Below, in pieces: positions 43,185 to 58,574 of a stretch of 64,000 bases of DNA. This DNA comes from Antedon mediterranea (lineage: Eukaryota; Animalia; Echinodermata): positions 13,401,045 through 13,465,044 of the forward strand of contig NC_092680.1 in the NCBI RefSeq assembly GCF_964355755.1. Reading direction: 5' to 3'. The notes beneath the pieces were generated by a model that was given only the letters and a program-made list of their open reading frames with translations, was not told the origin of the DNA and did no database searches. Within the stretch, counting starts at the first letter, position 1; every line of letters starts with the position of its first letter. The position numbers and the translations under genes are program-made.

Positions 43185-44285
43185 TCTTACATTTTGAACG
43201 GAAGTATTTATTTGTTTATAAGCCCAATTTTCCAGTCTTAATTTTACATTTTGAAAAAAAAGTATTTTATTTGTTGATAAGCCCAATTGTGCAGTCTTAT
43301 TTTACATTTTGAACGAAAGTATTTATTTGTTGATAAGCCCAATTTTGCAGTCTTATTTTACATTTTAAACGAAAGTATTTATTTATTGATAAGCCGAATT
43401 TTCCAGTTTAATAATAATGACCCCTTCCACAGTGCTTATACCATATACATTTTACATGATATTGACCGTGGGTTCTTTACGCCTCTGATGCATTTGTTTT
43501 TATTGTACCTTTTTAATAAATTATTATATGTTTAGGCCTAATCACACCCAATTTAATGAAACGGTCAGATTCCGATTTCAATTGAACGAAAGTAGTACTG
43601 TATTTATTATTCATTGATAAGCCAAGGGTCCCATGGCGTTAGCCGATATCTTGAGCATTTGACTCTTGTGTCAACCTGTAACACAAATCATTCTTCAAAA
43701 TCTAAAGAAAGAACCTCACACGTCTTTTTTGTGAGTGATACACTATGGATATGCCCACGGAAATAATATGTGGACATTGCAAACAATCATAGGCCTACAG
43801 TAACAAACATAACATGGCTAATAAGCATAACATTCAGACTTGCTTGTTTTCTAGTGGATTTTTATTTACTTTAGCATGTAGAATAAAACTAGTAACAGTG
43901 GCTATATTAATAATTATACTGATTATCCTTGATGATGTTATCGCGTCTAATAATAAAATATTTTGTTGTTGATAAGCCCAATTTTTCAGCCTTGATTTTA
44001 CATTTTGAACGAAAGTATTTATTTGCATGATAAGCCCAATTTTGCAGTCTTAATAATGACCCTTCCACAGTGCATTTTACATGATATTGACCGAGGGTTT
44101 TTACGCCTCTATAGCCACTGATCAATACCATAATTAATGTACTTTTTTAAATGAATATTGAAATGTTTCAACATACCCAATTCAAAAAAACGGTCCGTTT
44201 TCGAGTTCAATCTTTTGATTAGAGAGGTTGGAGTTTCATTTTGAACGAAAGTATTTATTTGATTGATAAGCCAAATTTCTAGTCC
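43185..44285. repeat. ~57-bp tandem/dispersed repeat (ttttacattttgaacgaaagtatttatttgttgataagcccaatttt)
   Basis: Four tandem copies at 43185-43405, more at ~43580, 43965-44050 and 44235-44285. Confidence 0.7.
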
Positions 44286-44586
44286 TAATGATTTGAGATT
44301 CAACGGGTTTTGCTTTCAATTGTATAATAATATAATTATAATTATATATATATATATATATAAATATAATATTAAGTATAATTATGAATTCACCAACACT
44401 TTCAGGCCCGGGGCCGAGTTTGTTTAGACCAGACTTCCATGCACAGCCACATGTTAAGGAATATGAATCTCTTTATGATTTTAATATGGTTCGAAATGAT
44501 ATTACACAGCAACGATTAGACAGCAACTGTGCAAGAGTCCAACTAATAAAATCGGAATGATCAATTAATTGAACATTTGCAGCATA

Positions 44587-44942
44587 AGGCCCATACACTA
44601 GGACGATAACGATCGACGATAAATAGACAAATGTGCATTTTTAATACATAAACCAAAAGAAATATAAACAATTCCTTTGATGAAAATTATATTTTCACAC
44701 GTCCAATCAAATGACGTCATGATTAGTAAGACCAATAATATCATGACAATACAGCGATTTTATTGTTTTTATTTATCATGACGTCATTTGATTGGAATTT
44801 GAATTATTTTTATCAAAGACAGCATAAATGATTATCCTATAGGTCTAGAACGAAAACCTTTCTAATTTCTTTTGGTTTATGTAAAAAAAATGCATGCTAT
44901 ATATTTATCGTCCGTCGTTATCGTCATAGTGTAATTGGGCCT
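44587..44942. mobile_element. Harbinger-like MITE with long imperfect TIRs
   Basis: aggcccatacactaggacgataacga ... tcgttatcgtcatagtgtaattgggcct; TA-rich flanks; near-palindromic interior. Confidence 0.7.
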
Positions 44943-47842
44943 TTATACAAAAAAAATAAATTGATTACGAAGTTACATGTCATTTTCACCTTTCACCAAA
45001 AAACTAACCTTTTCAAAACTAATTAATTGTTACGAAGCCAATTTATATTATATATTTCATTAAAACTGAACTTTACGGTAAATGAAGAGTAAGTATCAGT
45101 TAATATGAATAATATAACTAGTAGGTCTATGAACTTGCGTCCAGACACAGAACTGTGACATTACTATCATAAATGTTGAAACCACTTATAAAACCTTTTT
45201 TTTAAAGAAAATATAATTGTGTTAGGAGAAGGCTAATAAACAAATAGATAATGTACAAACCTTTTTCTGGATTAATTAATGGAGCAGGCGTTCCTAATAA
45301 TCTGCTGCTGCTACTAGACTGATTGTTCACCTTCTGACGATAATTGATTGGACCCCCCACGGCATCTGATAACCAACAAAAAATTTACGAGGACTGTTTC
45401 AATGATTTAATATCTGACGGTGTATTATTATAACATTGGCCTAGATTGACAGTCAAAGAAAGTCATTGTAAATACCTGATCCCTTTATGTTGACAGAGCC
45501 AAAATAAAGTTTTGACCATTATCGAATGATTATTTGACAGTGACTTATTATAATACCGGCCTGGTTGACAGCAAAAACGAAGTTATTATTTATTGATCAA
45601 GATTTTACAGATTTCCGTCTACATCTCAATAATACTGTATTATCAGCAAAGGCTTTCATATAGACTCTCTTCTCCCAGACGTTTTTTGGGTCCAGCAGCT
45701 ACCTATAAATTATAGTCGAGTTTCCAAATTCACAAAACTGTCAGCCTTAGATACTAAAGCTACCGCTATGAAACAGCTTATTAATGAATGTGTCCTCCTG
45801 GGACATAGCTGGCTAGAGCCGCGGCGCGAAAAAATAAAATTTCAGGTAAACAATAGAGGGCGTTCTATAATAATGTAAAAATATATAGAGGGCGCTATAT
45901 ATGATAATATTAAGTTATACAAAAAATCTCGAGCGTAAATCATCTGGAATATCCAATACCAAATTTAGTAGGCCTACCTGCAGTTTTGTGGTAATAAACA
46001 ATGGGTAATGTCAGACACCGTTCCAGTGTTGTATATAGCCTAGCCACCTGGCCTACGATAATGTTGTAGACATAACAATTACGCTACCAAATATTTTGGA
46101 AAGAAATCATCTTTACTTCAATAGAAAAGTCAAAGAAACCGTATTTCATAAAAAATACAAGGCATCTTTTTATTATACCCTGTTTGTTAGCAAGGTTGCT
46201 AAAATCCCTAAATATACAAGCAAAGTGGGAAGTCAAGTTGAGTAGGTAAAAATAGAATAGACTGGGACAAAACATGGTACTGTAGAGTTCACAATATGAA
46301 ACATTTACCAAAAGTCGCACAATTTAATTTTGAATTATTACATCGTATCTTAGATTGTAGAAAACATTTGAAGAAGTGAAACCAATAAAAGTGATTGTTG
46401 CGAAAAGTGTTGTATAAAAATAGAAAGTGAAAAACATATGTTGTACATCTTTAATAGCATTCAATTGATTTGAGTGAGTGAGTAAATTGATGCGAGAGTG
46501 AGATTTGATGGTAATTATAACATATATATGAACATGTTTCAAGAACAAACATTAGAAAATAAAATGGAATTTGCAATTCTTGATGAATTTATAGGAAAGC
46601 ATAAAAGTCAAAGTTGAAGAATCAACCACTCTCACTCCTTGACTGTCTTATTGGCAACGAGGACTGATTACTATAAATGCATGTTTTAATCCTGTTTTGG
46701 AGCTCCAGTTTCATATCAGAAAAAATGTATGTAAAGTATAGCAAATAACATTGCAGGAAAATGTCCAAAGTTGTTTACATAGATAAATGTGCTTCTTACA
46801 CTATAAAGTGTATAATATTTATAAAATATATATAAACTAAACATGTGAATTATAAATTAGATATTCAAATGATAATAATATGTATAAACCCATTTTTTAA
46901 TCCTACCACAAACAATTGCCGATACATGCTCAAATAGATAAATGCTTATATAAAGTTCATATTTATGTTCAAAGGTCGATAACTTTACTTCCGGTCATTT
47001 TCTAACAAACGTTTGCATTACAATAAATATAAATATATATGGTCTAAGCAATTTGAGACCATCTTTAAATTTCTATGACCAGCCGGTTTTTAGATAAAGT
47101 GTGAGTCAAGGTCAAGGGTCAATAGTGCAGAAAATTAGCATTTTCTATTACATTGCGTCAAAATGTTCCATTACAATGAATATAAATATATATGCTCCGA
47201 GTATTTTGATACCAATTTCTTGTTGTTAGACCAAAGGGTTATGGAGACAGACATGGCCATTTGGTCGCCATTTTGAACTTGGGGCTGTTACCATGGTTAC
47301 GGGATCGTGAACATTTTTTACCTAGCACTTTTGGTATCCATAGCACCATAATAAAGTAAAACTAAGTGAAATCATCTCACTTTGGGCATTAAAATTCAAT
47401 TGCCAATCATTTATTTTGTCGATAATTAAAAGTCGTAATAAAGGAAGGTTAAGTTCAAAGCCTAGCCCTAGTGATAGAGATGTTGTGAGAGCACAGAAAA
47501 AATCATAATGGGGCCAAGAAATTCGTTGCCTCCCCGAGTTATTGTCTTTTGCAATGTTGTACTGCTTTCGCAGGCTCCTCAGCTTTGAGTTTACTTGCTT
47601 TGGAAACCGTATTTTTTGTACCCTTTTCTGCTGCCAATAAAAAATACCGTATTTTTTTTACCTGCGACATGAGGTCAACATCGTGTTTTTATTTTCTGTC
47701 GCCGTCAGCTGTTTACACACGTGTATAGCGAAGACGTCACAGTATTTACTATTTAAATCTGTGTGAGGAAACAGGGGTGGGGAAGGAGGGGGTGGAGAAG
47801 GAGGGGGCGGGGAAGCTAAAATTCCTGGCAAACTAAAAGGTA

Positions 47843-50800
47843 ACTAGATTTGAACTCGTCACTACGGACGAGTTAGGTTATCCGCAGCGCAAAGGCCACG
47901 TGCACGTCATACGTTGGAATATTGCGCACAGAAAAACGATTAAGGCATTGAAACAATTTTAGTGTGCTCTCTATTTTTCGTCACGTCTAAGTATATACGG
48001 TGTACACTATATACTGTATACGTACTACATACAGTGCAGAATAGGTGAAAATAAGTGACCAAAGTTATTGACGCTTTTGAACATGATGACGTTATCACAA
48101 TTTTTAAAATGGTGAATCGTGCGAAAGATAATTGATTGACCTAGACAACATAAAAAAATGGGGGGGAAATGGAATACAAATAAGTGGAGATGCGCTATAT
48201 TAAATGTGACGAGCTACGAGGAAAGAGACAAAAATTCTATATTTTATATTCGAGTGGCCATACGGTGACGTCACAATGTCCGGTTAGCCATATTGATGCA
48301 AGATTTGATATCTGCAACTTATCTACTACCAGAATATGTAATTATAAAAAAGTTCACCACGTAGTTTAGAATCTATGACTGTTTTAAAAAAGGCATAATT
48401 TTGACGAATTTTTGAACTTTTTCATCAAAAACGCGCGCAAATTGTTCAATTCTACGTGCTCGTATGACGTGATTTGAAGTCGAAATTGATTGAAAATTGG
48501 TAAATTTACTATAAAAGACTGAAAAAACAAAAATCAAGCAAAAAAAAGATGTTTTTGCGCTACGTGCGCACGCGCGCGTAAAAAAATTGCGCACCCGTGG
48601 GAAATTTTGAAATGCTCAAAATGACCTGAAACGCGTAGAAAGTTGATTAGAAATTGATTTTACGCATTTTGAAATTTAAAACTCGCGTGCACGCGTAACT
48701 TTATGGGAAACATGCCATTTTTAATCCATAGAAAGTTTGCGCAAGATATGACTTAAATGTTCACCAAGTTTCAATACAAAATGACTTTTAGTTTTTAATC
48801 TATGATCAATCATTGAAATTCATAAAATCGCGCGTAACTTACGCTGCGCGACTCTAAAGTAAAAAAACGAACGTCCTGCACATCTACCGCTACAGGTCAA
48901 TATTATGACAAAGTTACAAAATCTTATGTTGGCCAGAATTAGAGATATGCGTGCAACAAAATTCGTGGAAAGAAAGAAGAAAATAGAAAAAAAAGAACTA
49001 GATTTGAACTCGTCACTACGGACGAGTTAGGTTATCCGCAGCGCAAAGGCCACGTGCACGTCATACGTTAAAATATTGCGCCCAGAAAAACGATTAAGTC
49101 ATTGAAACAATTTCAGTGTGCTCTCTATTTTTCGTCACGTCTGGGTATATACGGTATACACTATATACTGTATACGTACTACATACAGTGCAGAATAGGT
49201 GAAAATAAGTGACCAAAGTTATTGACGCTTTTGGACATGATGACGTCATAAAAATTTTAAAAATGGTAAATCATTCGAAAGATAATTGATTGACCTAGGC
49301 AATATATAAAAATGGGGGAAAATGGAATACGGATAAGTGGAGATGCGCTCTATTAAATGTGATGAGCTATGACGAAAGAGACAAAAATCCTATATTTGAT
49401 ATTCGTGTGGCCATACGATGACGTCACAATGTCCGGTTAGCCAAATCGATGCATGATTCTATATCTACAACTCATCTACATTCAGAATATGTAATTTTAA
49501 AAAAGTTCACCACGTAGTTTAGAATCTATGACTGTTTAAAAAAAGGCATAATTTTGACTAATTTTTGAACTTTTTCATCAAAAATGCGCGTAAATTGTTT
49601 AATTCTACGTGCTCGTATGACGTGATTTTTAGTCGAAATTGTTTGAAAGTTGGTAAATTTTCTAAAAAAGACATGAAAAACAAAAATCAAGCAAAAAAAT
49701 GATGTTTTTGCGCTACGTGCGCACGTGCGCGTAAAAAAAATTGCGCACGCGTGGGAATTTTTGAAATGCTTAAAATGACATGAAACGCGTAGAAAGTTGA
49801 TTAGATATTGATTTTTCGCATTTTGAAATTTTAAACGCGCATGCGCACGTAACTTTTTGTAAAACATGCCATTTTTAATCCATAGAAAGTTTGCGCATTA
49901 TATGACTTAAATTTTCACCAAGTTTCAATACAAAATGAATTTTAGTTTTTAATCTATGATCAATAATTGAAATTCATAAAATCACGCGTAACTTACGCTG
50001 CGCGACTCGAAATTTGAAAAAAAAAGTTTCTTGCACATCTACAGATATAGGGCAATCTTTTGACAAAGTTATACAATCTTCTGTTGGCTAGAATTAGAGA
50101 TACGCTGCCCACAAAAAATGGGAGAGAAGTGTGTAAAGAAAGAAATAAATACTAGATTTGAACTCGTCACTACGGACGAGTTAGGTTATCCGCAGTCCTA
50201 AAGCCACGTGCACGTCATACGTTGGAATATTGCGCGCAGAAAAACGATTATGCCATTGAAAAAATGTGAGTGCGCTCTCTATTCTGTGTCACGTCAAAGT
50301 GTATACGGTATACACTATATACCGTATACGTACTACGTACAGTTCAGAATAGGTGAAAATAAGTGACCAAAGTTATTGACGCTTTTGGACATGATGACGT
50401 CATCACAATTTTTAAAATGGTGAATCGTGCGAAAGATAATTGATAGACCTAGACAACATAAAAAAAATGGGGGGAAATGGAATACAAATAAGTGAAGATG
50501 CGCTATATTAAATGTGACGAGCTACGAGGAAAGAGACAAAAATCCTATATTTTATATTCGAGTGGCCATATGATGACGTCACAATGTCCGGTTAGCCATA
50601 TTGATGCATGATTTGATATCTGCAACTCATCTACTACCAGAATATGTAATTATAAAAAAGTTCACCACGTAGTTTAGAATTTATGACTGTTTAAAAAAAG
50701 GCATAATTTTGACTAATTTTTGAACTTTTTCATCAAAAATGCGCGTAAATTGTTTAATTCTACGTGCTCGTATGACGTGATTTTAAGTCGAAATTGTTTG

Positions 50801-53800
50801 AAAGTTGGTAAATTTTCTAAAAAAAACAGGAAAAACAAAAATCAAGCAAAAAATTGATGTTTTTGCGCTACGTGCGCACGTGCGCGTAAAAAAATTGCGC
50901 ACGCGTGGGAATTTTTGAAATGCTCTAAAGGACATGAAACGCGTAGAAAGTTGATTAGATATTGATTTTTCGCATTTTGAAATTTTAAACGCGCGTGCGC
51001 GCGTAACTTTTTGTAAAACATGCCATTTTTAATCCATAGAAAGTTTGCGCATTATATGACTTAAATGTTCACCAAGTTTCAATGCAAAATGAATTTTAGT
51101 TTTTAATCTATGATCAATCATTGAAATTCATAAAATCGCGCGTAACTTACGCTGCGCAACTCCGAAATCGTCCAAAAGCTTGGCTGCACATCTACAGCTA
51201 CAGGTCAATCTTATGACAAAGTTATACAATGTTATATTTGCCAGAATTAGAGATATGCGACCAACAAAATTCGTGGAAAGAAAGAAGAACAAAGAAAAAG
51301 AAAAAGAAAAAAAAAAAAAAAAAAAAAAAGATCCTGACAATAACAAGGGGTTATCCGCCAAGTGCGGATAACCAACTAGATTTGAACTCGTCACTACGGA
51401 CGAGTTAGGTTATCCGCAGTGCAAAAGCCGCGTGCACGTCATACGTTAGAATAGTGCGCGCAAAAAAATAAAACGATTATGGCATTGAAAAATGTTAGTG
51501 CGCTCTCTATGTTGCGTCGCGTCTAAGTATATACGGTATAACACTATATACTGTATACGTACTACATACAGTGCAGAATAGGTGAAAATAAGTGACCAAA
51601 GTTATTGACGCATTTGAACATGATGACGTCATCACAATTTTTAAAATGGTGGATCATGCGAAAGGTAATTGATTGATCTAGACAATATAAACAAATTGAG
51701 TGAAATGGAATAAGGATAAGTAGAGATGCGCTCTATTAAATTGACGAGCTATGACGAAAGAGAAAAAAATCCTATATTTTATATTCGGGTGGCCATACGA
51801 TGACGTCACAATGTCTGGTTAGCCATATCAATGCATGATTCGAGAAAAACAACTCATCTACTTCCAGAATCTGAAATTTTAAATATTTTCACCTCGGAGT
51901 TTAGAATCTATGACTGTTTTAAAAAAGGCATAATTTTTATGAATTTTTGAACTTTTTCATCAAAAACGCGCGCAAATTGTTCAATTCTACGTGCTCGTAT
52001 GACGTGATTTTAAGTCGAAATTGTTTGAAAGTTGGTAAATTTACTAAAAAAAGACAGGAAAAACAAAAATCAAGCAAAAAAAAAATGTTTTTGCGCTACG
52101 TGCGCACGCGCGCGTAAAAAAATTGCGCACGCGTGGGAATTTTTAAAATGCTCAAAATGACCTGAAACGCGTAGAAAGTTGATTAGAAATTGAATTTTCG
52201 CATTTTGAAATTTTAAACGCGCGTGCGCGCGTATCTTTTTGGAAATGTGCCATTTTAAATCCATAGAAAGTTAGCGCATGATATAAATTACACTTTTGCC
52301 AAGTTTCAATTAAAATTGCTTTTTGGTTTTCAATCTATGTTAAATACGCAAAATTCACAAAATCGCGCGTAACTTACGCTGCGCGACTCTAAAGTCAAAA
52401 AACGAAACGTCCTGCACATCTACAGCTACAGGTCAATCTTATGAAAAAGTTACACAATCTTCTGTTTGCCAGAATTAGAGATACGCTGCCAACAAAATTC
52501 AGGGAAAGAAAGAAGAATAACATAGAAAAAAAAAAAAAAAAAAAAAAAAAAAGATCCTGACAATAACAAGAGGTTATCCGCCAAGTGCGGATAACCAACT
52601 AGATTTGAACTCGTCACTACGGACGAGTTAGGTTATCCGCAGCGCAAAGGCCACGCGCACGTCATACGTTAAAATATTGCGCGCAGAAAAACGATTAAGT
52701 CATTGAAACAATTTCAGTGTGCTCTCTATTTTTCGTCACGTCTGAGTATATACGGTATACACTATATACTGTATACGTACTACATACAGTGCAGAATAGG
52801 TGAAAATAAGTGACCAAAGTTATTGACGCTTTTGAACATGATGACGTCATCACAATTTTAAAAATTGTGAATCATGCGAAAGATAATTGATTGACCTAGA
52901 CAATATAAAGAAATGGAGGGCAATGGAATAGGGATAAGTGGAGAAGCGCTCTATTAAAAGTGATGAGCTATACGAAAGAGAAAAAAATCCTATATTTTAT
53001 ATTCGAGTGGCCATACGATGACGTCACTATGTCCTGATAGCCATATTGATACATGATTCGATATCTACAACTCATCTACTACCAGAATATGTAATTATAA
53101 AAAAGTTTACCACGTAGTTTAGAATCTATGACTGTTTAAAAAAAGGCATAATTTTGACAAATTTTTGGACCTTTTCATCAAAATTGCGCGCAAATTGTTC
53201 AATTCTACGTGCTCGTATGACGTGATTTTAAGTCGAAATTGATTGAAAATTGGTAAATTTACTAGAAAAGGGTGGAAAAACAAAAATCAAGCAAAAAAAA
53301 GATGTTTTTGCGCTACGTGCGCACGGGCGCGTAAAAAAAGTGCGCACGCGTGGGAATTTTTGAAATGCTCAAAATGACATGAAACGCGTAGAAAGTTGAT
53401 TAGAAATTGATTTTTCGCATTTTAAAATTTTAAACGCGCGTGCGCGCGTAATATTTTGTAAAATATGCCATTTTTAATCCATAGAAAGTTTGCGCATTGT
53501 GTGACTTAAATGTTCACCAAGTTTCAATACAAAACGACTTTTAGTTTTTATTCTATGATCAATCATTGAAATTCACAAAATCACGCGTAACTTACGCTGC
53601 GCAACTCGAAATTTGAAAAAAAAAGTTTCTTGCACATCTACAGATATAGGGCAATCTTTTGACAAAGTTATACAATCTTCTGTTGGCTAGAATTAGAGAT
53701 ACGCTGCCCACAAAAAATGGGAGAGAAGTGTGGAAAGAAAGAAATAAATACTAGATTTGAACTCGTCACTACGGACGAGTTAGGTTATCCGCATCGCAAA

Positions 53801-54890
53801 ACCCACGCGCATGACACCTAAGTTAGAATATTGCGCGCAGAAAAACGATTATGCCATTGAAAAAATGTTAGTGAGCCCTCTATTGTGTGTCGCGTCTAAG
53901 TGTGTACGGTATACACTATATACTGTATACGTACTACATAAATAGGTGAAAATAAGTGACCAAAGTTTTTTACGCATTTGAACATGATGACGTCATCAAA
54001 ATTTTAAAAATGGTGAATCATGCGAAAGATAATTGATTGATCTAGACAATATAAAAAAATTGAGTGAAATGGAATATGGATAAGTGGAGATGCGCTCTGT
54101 TAAATTTGACGAGCAAAGACGAAAGAGAAAAAAATCCTATATTTTATATTCGGGTGGCCATACGATGATGTCACAATGTCCGGTTAGCCATATCAATGCA
54201 TGATTAAAGAAAAACAACTCATCTACTTCCAGAATATGTAATTTTAAAAAAGTTCACCACGTAGTTTAGAATTTATGACTGTTTAAAAAAAGGTCTAATT
54301 TTGACGATTTTTTGAAGTTTTTCATCAAAAACACGCGCAAATTATCCAATTCTACGTGCTTGTGTGACGTGATTTTAAGTCGAAATTGATTGAAAATTCA
54401 TAAATTTACTAGAAAAGGCTGAAAAAACAAAAATCAAGCAAAAAAAAGATGTTTTTGCGCTACGTGCGCACGCGCGCGTAAAAAAATTGCGCACGTGTGG
54501 GAATTTTTGAAATGCTCAAAATGACATGAAACGCATAGAAAGTTGATTAGAAATTGATTTTTCGCATTTTGAAATTTCAAACGCGCGTGCGCGCGTAACT
54601 TTTTGTGAAACATGCCATTTTTAATCCATAGAAAGTTTGCGCATGATCTCACTTAAATTTTCACAAAGTTTCAATACAAAACAACTTTTAGTTTTTATTC
54701 TATGATCAATCATTGAAATTCATGAAATCGCGCGTAACTTACGCTGCGCAACTCCAAAATCGTCCAAAAGCTTGGCTGCACATCTACAGCTATAGGTCAA
54801 TCTTATGACAAAGTTATACAATCTTATGTTGGCCACAAGATAGAGATGTGCTGCGAACAAAATTCGGGGAAAGAAAGAAGAATAACATAG

Positions 54891-54921
<31 letters not shown>

Positions 54922-57900
54922 TCCTGACAATAACAAGGGGTTATCCGCCAAGTGCGGATAACCAACTAGATTTGAACTCGTCACTACGGACGAGTTAGGT
55001 TATCCGCAGAGCAAACGCCACGTGCACGTCGTACGTTAGAATATTGCGCAGAGAAAACCATTATGCCATTGAAAAAATGTTAGTGCGCTCTCTATTTTAC
55101 GTCACGTCTAAGTATACACAGTATACACTATATATTGTATATGTACTACATACAGTGAAGAATATGTGAAAATAAGTGGCCCAAGTTATTGACGCTTTTG
55201 GACATGATGACGTCATCACAATTTTAAAAACGGTATATCATGCGAAAGATAATTGATTGGCATAGACAATATAAAAAAATGGGGGGAAATGGAATTAGGA
55301 TAAGTGGAGATGCGCTCTATTAAATGTGATGAGCTATGACGAAAGAGACAAAAATCCTATATTTTATATTTGAGTGGCCATACGATGACGTCACTATGTC
55401 CTGTTAGCCATATCAATGCATGATTTGATATTTACAACTCATCTACTTCCAGAATCTGAAATTTTAAAAATTTTCACCTCGGAGTTTAGAATCTATGACT
55501 TTTTAAAAAAAGGCATAATTTTCACGAATTTTTGAACTTTTTCATCAAAAACGCGCGCAAATTGTTCAATTCTATGTGCTCGTATGACGTGATTTTAACT
55601 TGAAATTGTTTGAAAGTTGGTAAAATTACTAGAAAAGGTTGAAAAAACAAAAATCAAGCAAAAAAAACATGTTTTTGCCTTACGTGCGCACGCGCGCGTA
55701 AAAAAATTGCGCACGCGTGGGAATTTTTGAAATGCTCAAAATGGCATGAAACGCGTAGAAAGTTGAATAGAAATGAATTTTGCGCATTTTGAAATTTTGA
55801 ACGCGCGTGCGCGCGTAACTTTTTAGAAAAGTGCCATTTTAAATCCATAGAAAGTTAGCGCATGATATAAATTACACTTTTGCCAAGTTTCAATTGAAAT
55901 TGCTTTTTCGTTTTCGATCTATGTTAAATACGCAAAATTCACAAAATCGCGCGTAACTCACGCTGCGGGACTCTAAAGTCAAAAAACGAAACGTCCTGCA
56001 CATCTACAGCTCCAGGTCAATCTTATGAAAAAGTTACACAATCTTCTGTTTGCCAGAATTAGAGATACGCTGCCAACAAAATTCAGGGAAAGAAAGAAGA
56101 ATAACATAGAAAAAAAAAAAAAAAAAAAAAAAAAAGATCCTGACAATAACAAGGGGTTATCCGCCAAGAGCGGATAACCAACTAGATTTGAACTCGTCAC
56201 TACGGACGAGTTAGGTTATCCGCAGTCCTATAGCCACGTGCACGTCATACGTTGGAATATTGCGCGCAGAAAAACGATTATGCCATTGAAAAAATGTGAG
56301 TGCGCTCTCTATTTTGTGTCACGTCAAGTGTATACGGTATACACTATATACCGTATACGTACTACATACAGTTCAGAATAGGTGAAAATAAGTGACCAAA
56401 GTTATTGACGCTTTTGCACATGATGACGTCATAACAATTTTTAAAATGGTCAATCATGCGAAAGATAATTGATTGATATAGACAATATAAAGAAATTGAG
56501 GGCAATGGAATACGGATAAGTGGAGATGCGCTCTATTAAATGTGATGAGCTATACGAAAGAGAAAAAAATCCTATATTTTATATTCGAGTGGCCATACGA
56601 TGACGTCACAATGTCCTGATAGCCATATTGATACACGATTCGATATCTACAACTCATCTACTACCAGAATATGTAATTATAAAAAAGTTTACCACGTAGT
56701 TTAGAATCTATGACTGTTTAAAAAAAGGCATAATTTTGACAAATTTTTGGACTTTTTCATCAAAATTGCGCGAAAATTGTTTAATTCTACGTGCTCGTAT
56801 GACGAGATTTTAAGGCAAAATTGATTGAAAATAGGTAAATATATTATAAAAGACAGAAAAAACAAAAATCAAGCAAAAAAAAGATGTTTTTGCGCTACGT
56901 GCGCACGCGCGCGTAAAAAAATTGCGCAAGCCTGGGAATTTTTGAAATGCTCAAAATGATATGAAACGCGTAGAAAATTGATTAGAAGTTGATTTTTTGC
57001 ATTTTGAAATTTTAAACGCGCGTGCGCGCGTAACTTTCTGTGAAACATGCAATTTTTAATCCATAGAAAGTTTGCGCTTGATATGACTTAAATTTTCACA
57101 AAGTTTCAATACAAAATAACTTTCGGTTTTTAATCTATGATCAATCATTTAAATTCATAAAATCGCGCGTAACTTACGCTGCGCAACTCAAAATTCATAA
57201 AAAAAAGTTTCTTGCACATCTACAGCAACAGGGCAATCTTTTGACAAAGTTATACAATCATATGTTGGCCAGAGTTAGAGATACGCTGCGAACAAAATTC
57301 GTGGAAAGAAAGAAGAACATAGAAAAAAAAAAAAAAGAAAAAAAAAAAGATCCTGACAATAACAAGAGGTTATCCGCCAAGTGCGGATAACCAACTAGAT
57401 TTGAACTCGTCACTACGGACGAGTTAGGTTATCCGCAGTGCAAAAGCCACGCGCATGACACATAAGTTAGAATATTGCGCGCAGAAAAACGATTATGACA
57501 TTGAAAAAAATGTTAGTGAGCCCTCTATTTTGTGTCACGTCTAAGTATATATGGTATACACTATATACTGTATACGTACTACATACAGTGAAGAATATGT
57601 GAAAATAAGTGGCCCAAGTTATTGACTCTTTTGGATATGATGAAGTCATCACAATTTTAAAAACGGTATATTATGTGAAAGATAATTGATTGGCATAGAC
57701 AATATAAAAAAATGGGGGGAAATGAAATTTGGATAAGTGGAGATGCGCTCTATTAAATGTGATGAGCTATGACGAAAGAGACAAAAATCCTATATTTTAT
57801 ATTTGAGTGGCCATACGATGACGTCACTATGTCCTGTTAGCCATATCGATGCATGATTCGATATCTACAACTCATCAACTTCCAGAATGTGTAATTTAAA

Positions 57901-58543
57901 AGAAGTTCACCTCGTAGTTTACAATCTATGACTGTTTTAAAAAAGGCATAATTTTGACGAATTTTTCTACTTTTTCTTAAAAAACGTGCGCAAATTGTTC
58001 AATTCTACGTGCTCGTATGACGTGATTTTAAGTCGAAATTGATTGAAAATTGGTAAATTTACTCGAAAAGGCTGAAAAAACAAAAATCAAGCAAAAAAAA
58101 CATGTTTTTGCGCTACGTGCGCACGCGCGCGTAAAAAAAATGCGCAGGCGTGGGAATTTTTGAAATGCTCAAAATGCCCTGAAACGCGTAGAAAGTTGAT
58201 TAGAAATGAATATTTCGCAATTTGAAATTTTAAACGCGCGTGCGCGCGTAACTTTATGTCAAACATGCCATTTTTAATCCATAGAAAGTTTGCCCTTGAT
58301 ATGACTTAAATTTTCACCAAGTGTCATTACAAAATGACTTTTGGTTTTTAGTCTATGTTAAATACGCGAAATTCATAAAATCGCGCGTAGCTTACGTTGC
58401 GCGACCTTAAAGAAAAAAAACGAGCTGTCCTGCACTTCTACAGATAGAGGTAAATCTTCTGACAAAGTTATACAATGTAATGTTGATCAGAATTTGAGAT
58501 ACACGTGACACAAAATTTTGGGAAAGAAAGAAGAATAACATAG

Positions 58544-58574
<31 letters not shown>

